Source: Candidatus Cryptobacteroides sp. (GTDB lineage Bacteria; Bacteroidota; Bacteroidia; Bacteroidales; UBA932). From it: a DNA stretch of 64,000 nt. Position numbers and translations under genes: made by a program. Where the stretch lies: contig JAZRVN010000030.1 in the NCBI GenBank assembly GCA_045599225.1, forward strand, positions 42,035-106,034, read 5' to 3'. The notes beneath the pieces were generated by a model, which was not told the DNA's origin, searched no databases, and saw nothing but the letters and a program-made list of their open reading frames with translations. Shown here one piece after another: positions 63,547 through 64,000 of the stretch. The first letter of the stretch is position 1; each line of letters begins with the position of its first letter.

Positions 63547-64000
63547 ATGACTCAGAAACCGATAGAAAAAGCAGTATTTGTTGGTATCATTAAGCAAGAG
63601 GATGATGAACGAAAGGTCCTCGAATACCTTGACGAACTGGAATTCCTTGCATTGACCGCCGGTGTGGAAGGGGATAGGAAATTCTTCCAACGGGTGGACC
63701 GTCCCGACAAAGGAACATACATAAGGAGCGGAAAACTCGAAGAAATTGCCGCCTATGTCGAAGAGAATGCCATCAATTACGTGATTTTCGACGACGAACT
63801 TACCGGAATGCAGCAGCGTAACATCGAAAAGGTTGTTAAATGTGCCGCTGTAATAGACCGTACAAGCCTTATTCTTGAGATTTTTGCACAAAGAGCCAAA
63901 ACGTCCTATGCTAAAATGCAGGTGGAACTGGCTCATTATAATTATATTCTCCCAAGACTTGCGGGAATGTGGACCCACCTGGAGAGGCAGAGGGGAGGAA
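63547..64000 (+). CDS. hflX: GTPase HflX, N-terminal part (runs off the window)
   Basis: Hand translation gives MTQKPIEKAVFVGII..SGKLEEI..VIFDDELTGMQQRNIEK..DRTSLILEIFAQRAKTSYAKMQVELAHY..LPRLAGMWTHLERQRGG. It is absent from the ORF track because no stop occurs in the window. Confidence 0.9.
   Translation, partial: MTQKPIEKAVFVGIIKQEDDERKVLEYLDELEFLALTAGVEGDRKFFQRVDRPDKGTYIRSGKLEEIAAYVEENAINYVIFDDELTGMQQRNIEKVVKCAAVIDRTSLILEIFAQRAKTSYAKMQVELAHYNYILPRLAGMWTHLERQRGG

Overview
This 64 kb window looks like a Bacteroidales-type chromosome. The evidence is many TAnnTTTG -7 promoter boxes, lipoprotein and TonB-style genes, and about 50% GC by hand counts. Most of it is housekeeping. That includes rpsL-rpsG-fusA-rpsJ, pheS, secG, mutS-NSS transporter-folA-thyA, ychF, folK-DUF59-sufE-sufS, ruvA, mnmG, ybeY, a tonB-family gene and the hflX 5' end. 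It also includes peptidases (tricorn-like, M24, M13, C69) and a small glycoside-hydrolase cluster. Four regions stand out. (1) A tRNA-Leu(UAA) gene is split at the canonical U34/A35 position by a 722 nt group I intron. Its core motifs match my memory of the Azoarcus and Anabaena IC3 introns, and it carries an AT-rich HNH homing-endonuclease ORF. (2) An AT-rich islet lies directly downstream of that tRNA and encodes Fic, an XRE regulator and HicB-HicA-HicB. (3) A six-gene cluster encodes a two-subunit aconitase-X dehydratase, a FadH/enoate-reductase-type flavoenzyme, a ketopantoate-reductase-like enzyme and two nitroreductases. I cannot assign it to a characterised pathway. (4) A roughly 7.2 kb integrase-bearing element sits between ychF and folK. 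It carries an AlpA/Xis-like HTH, a RepA-like ATPase, a primase-like protein, iterons, and several ORFs of unknown function. It has no relaxase and no virion genes. A 34 bp palindromic repeat occurs three times, twice at island junctions. I saw no rRNA, no CRISPR array and no transposase. All calls come from reading the sequence and ORF translations by eye, with no searches run.
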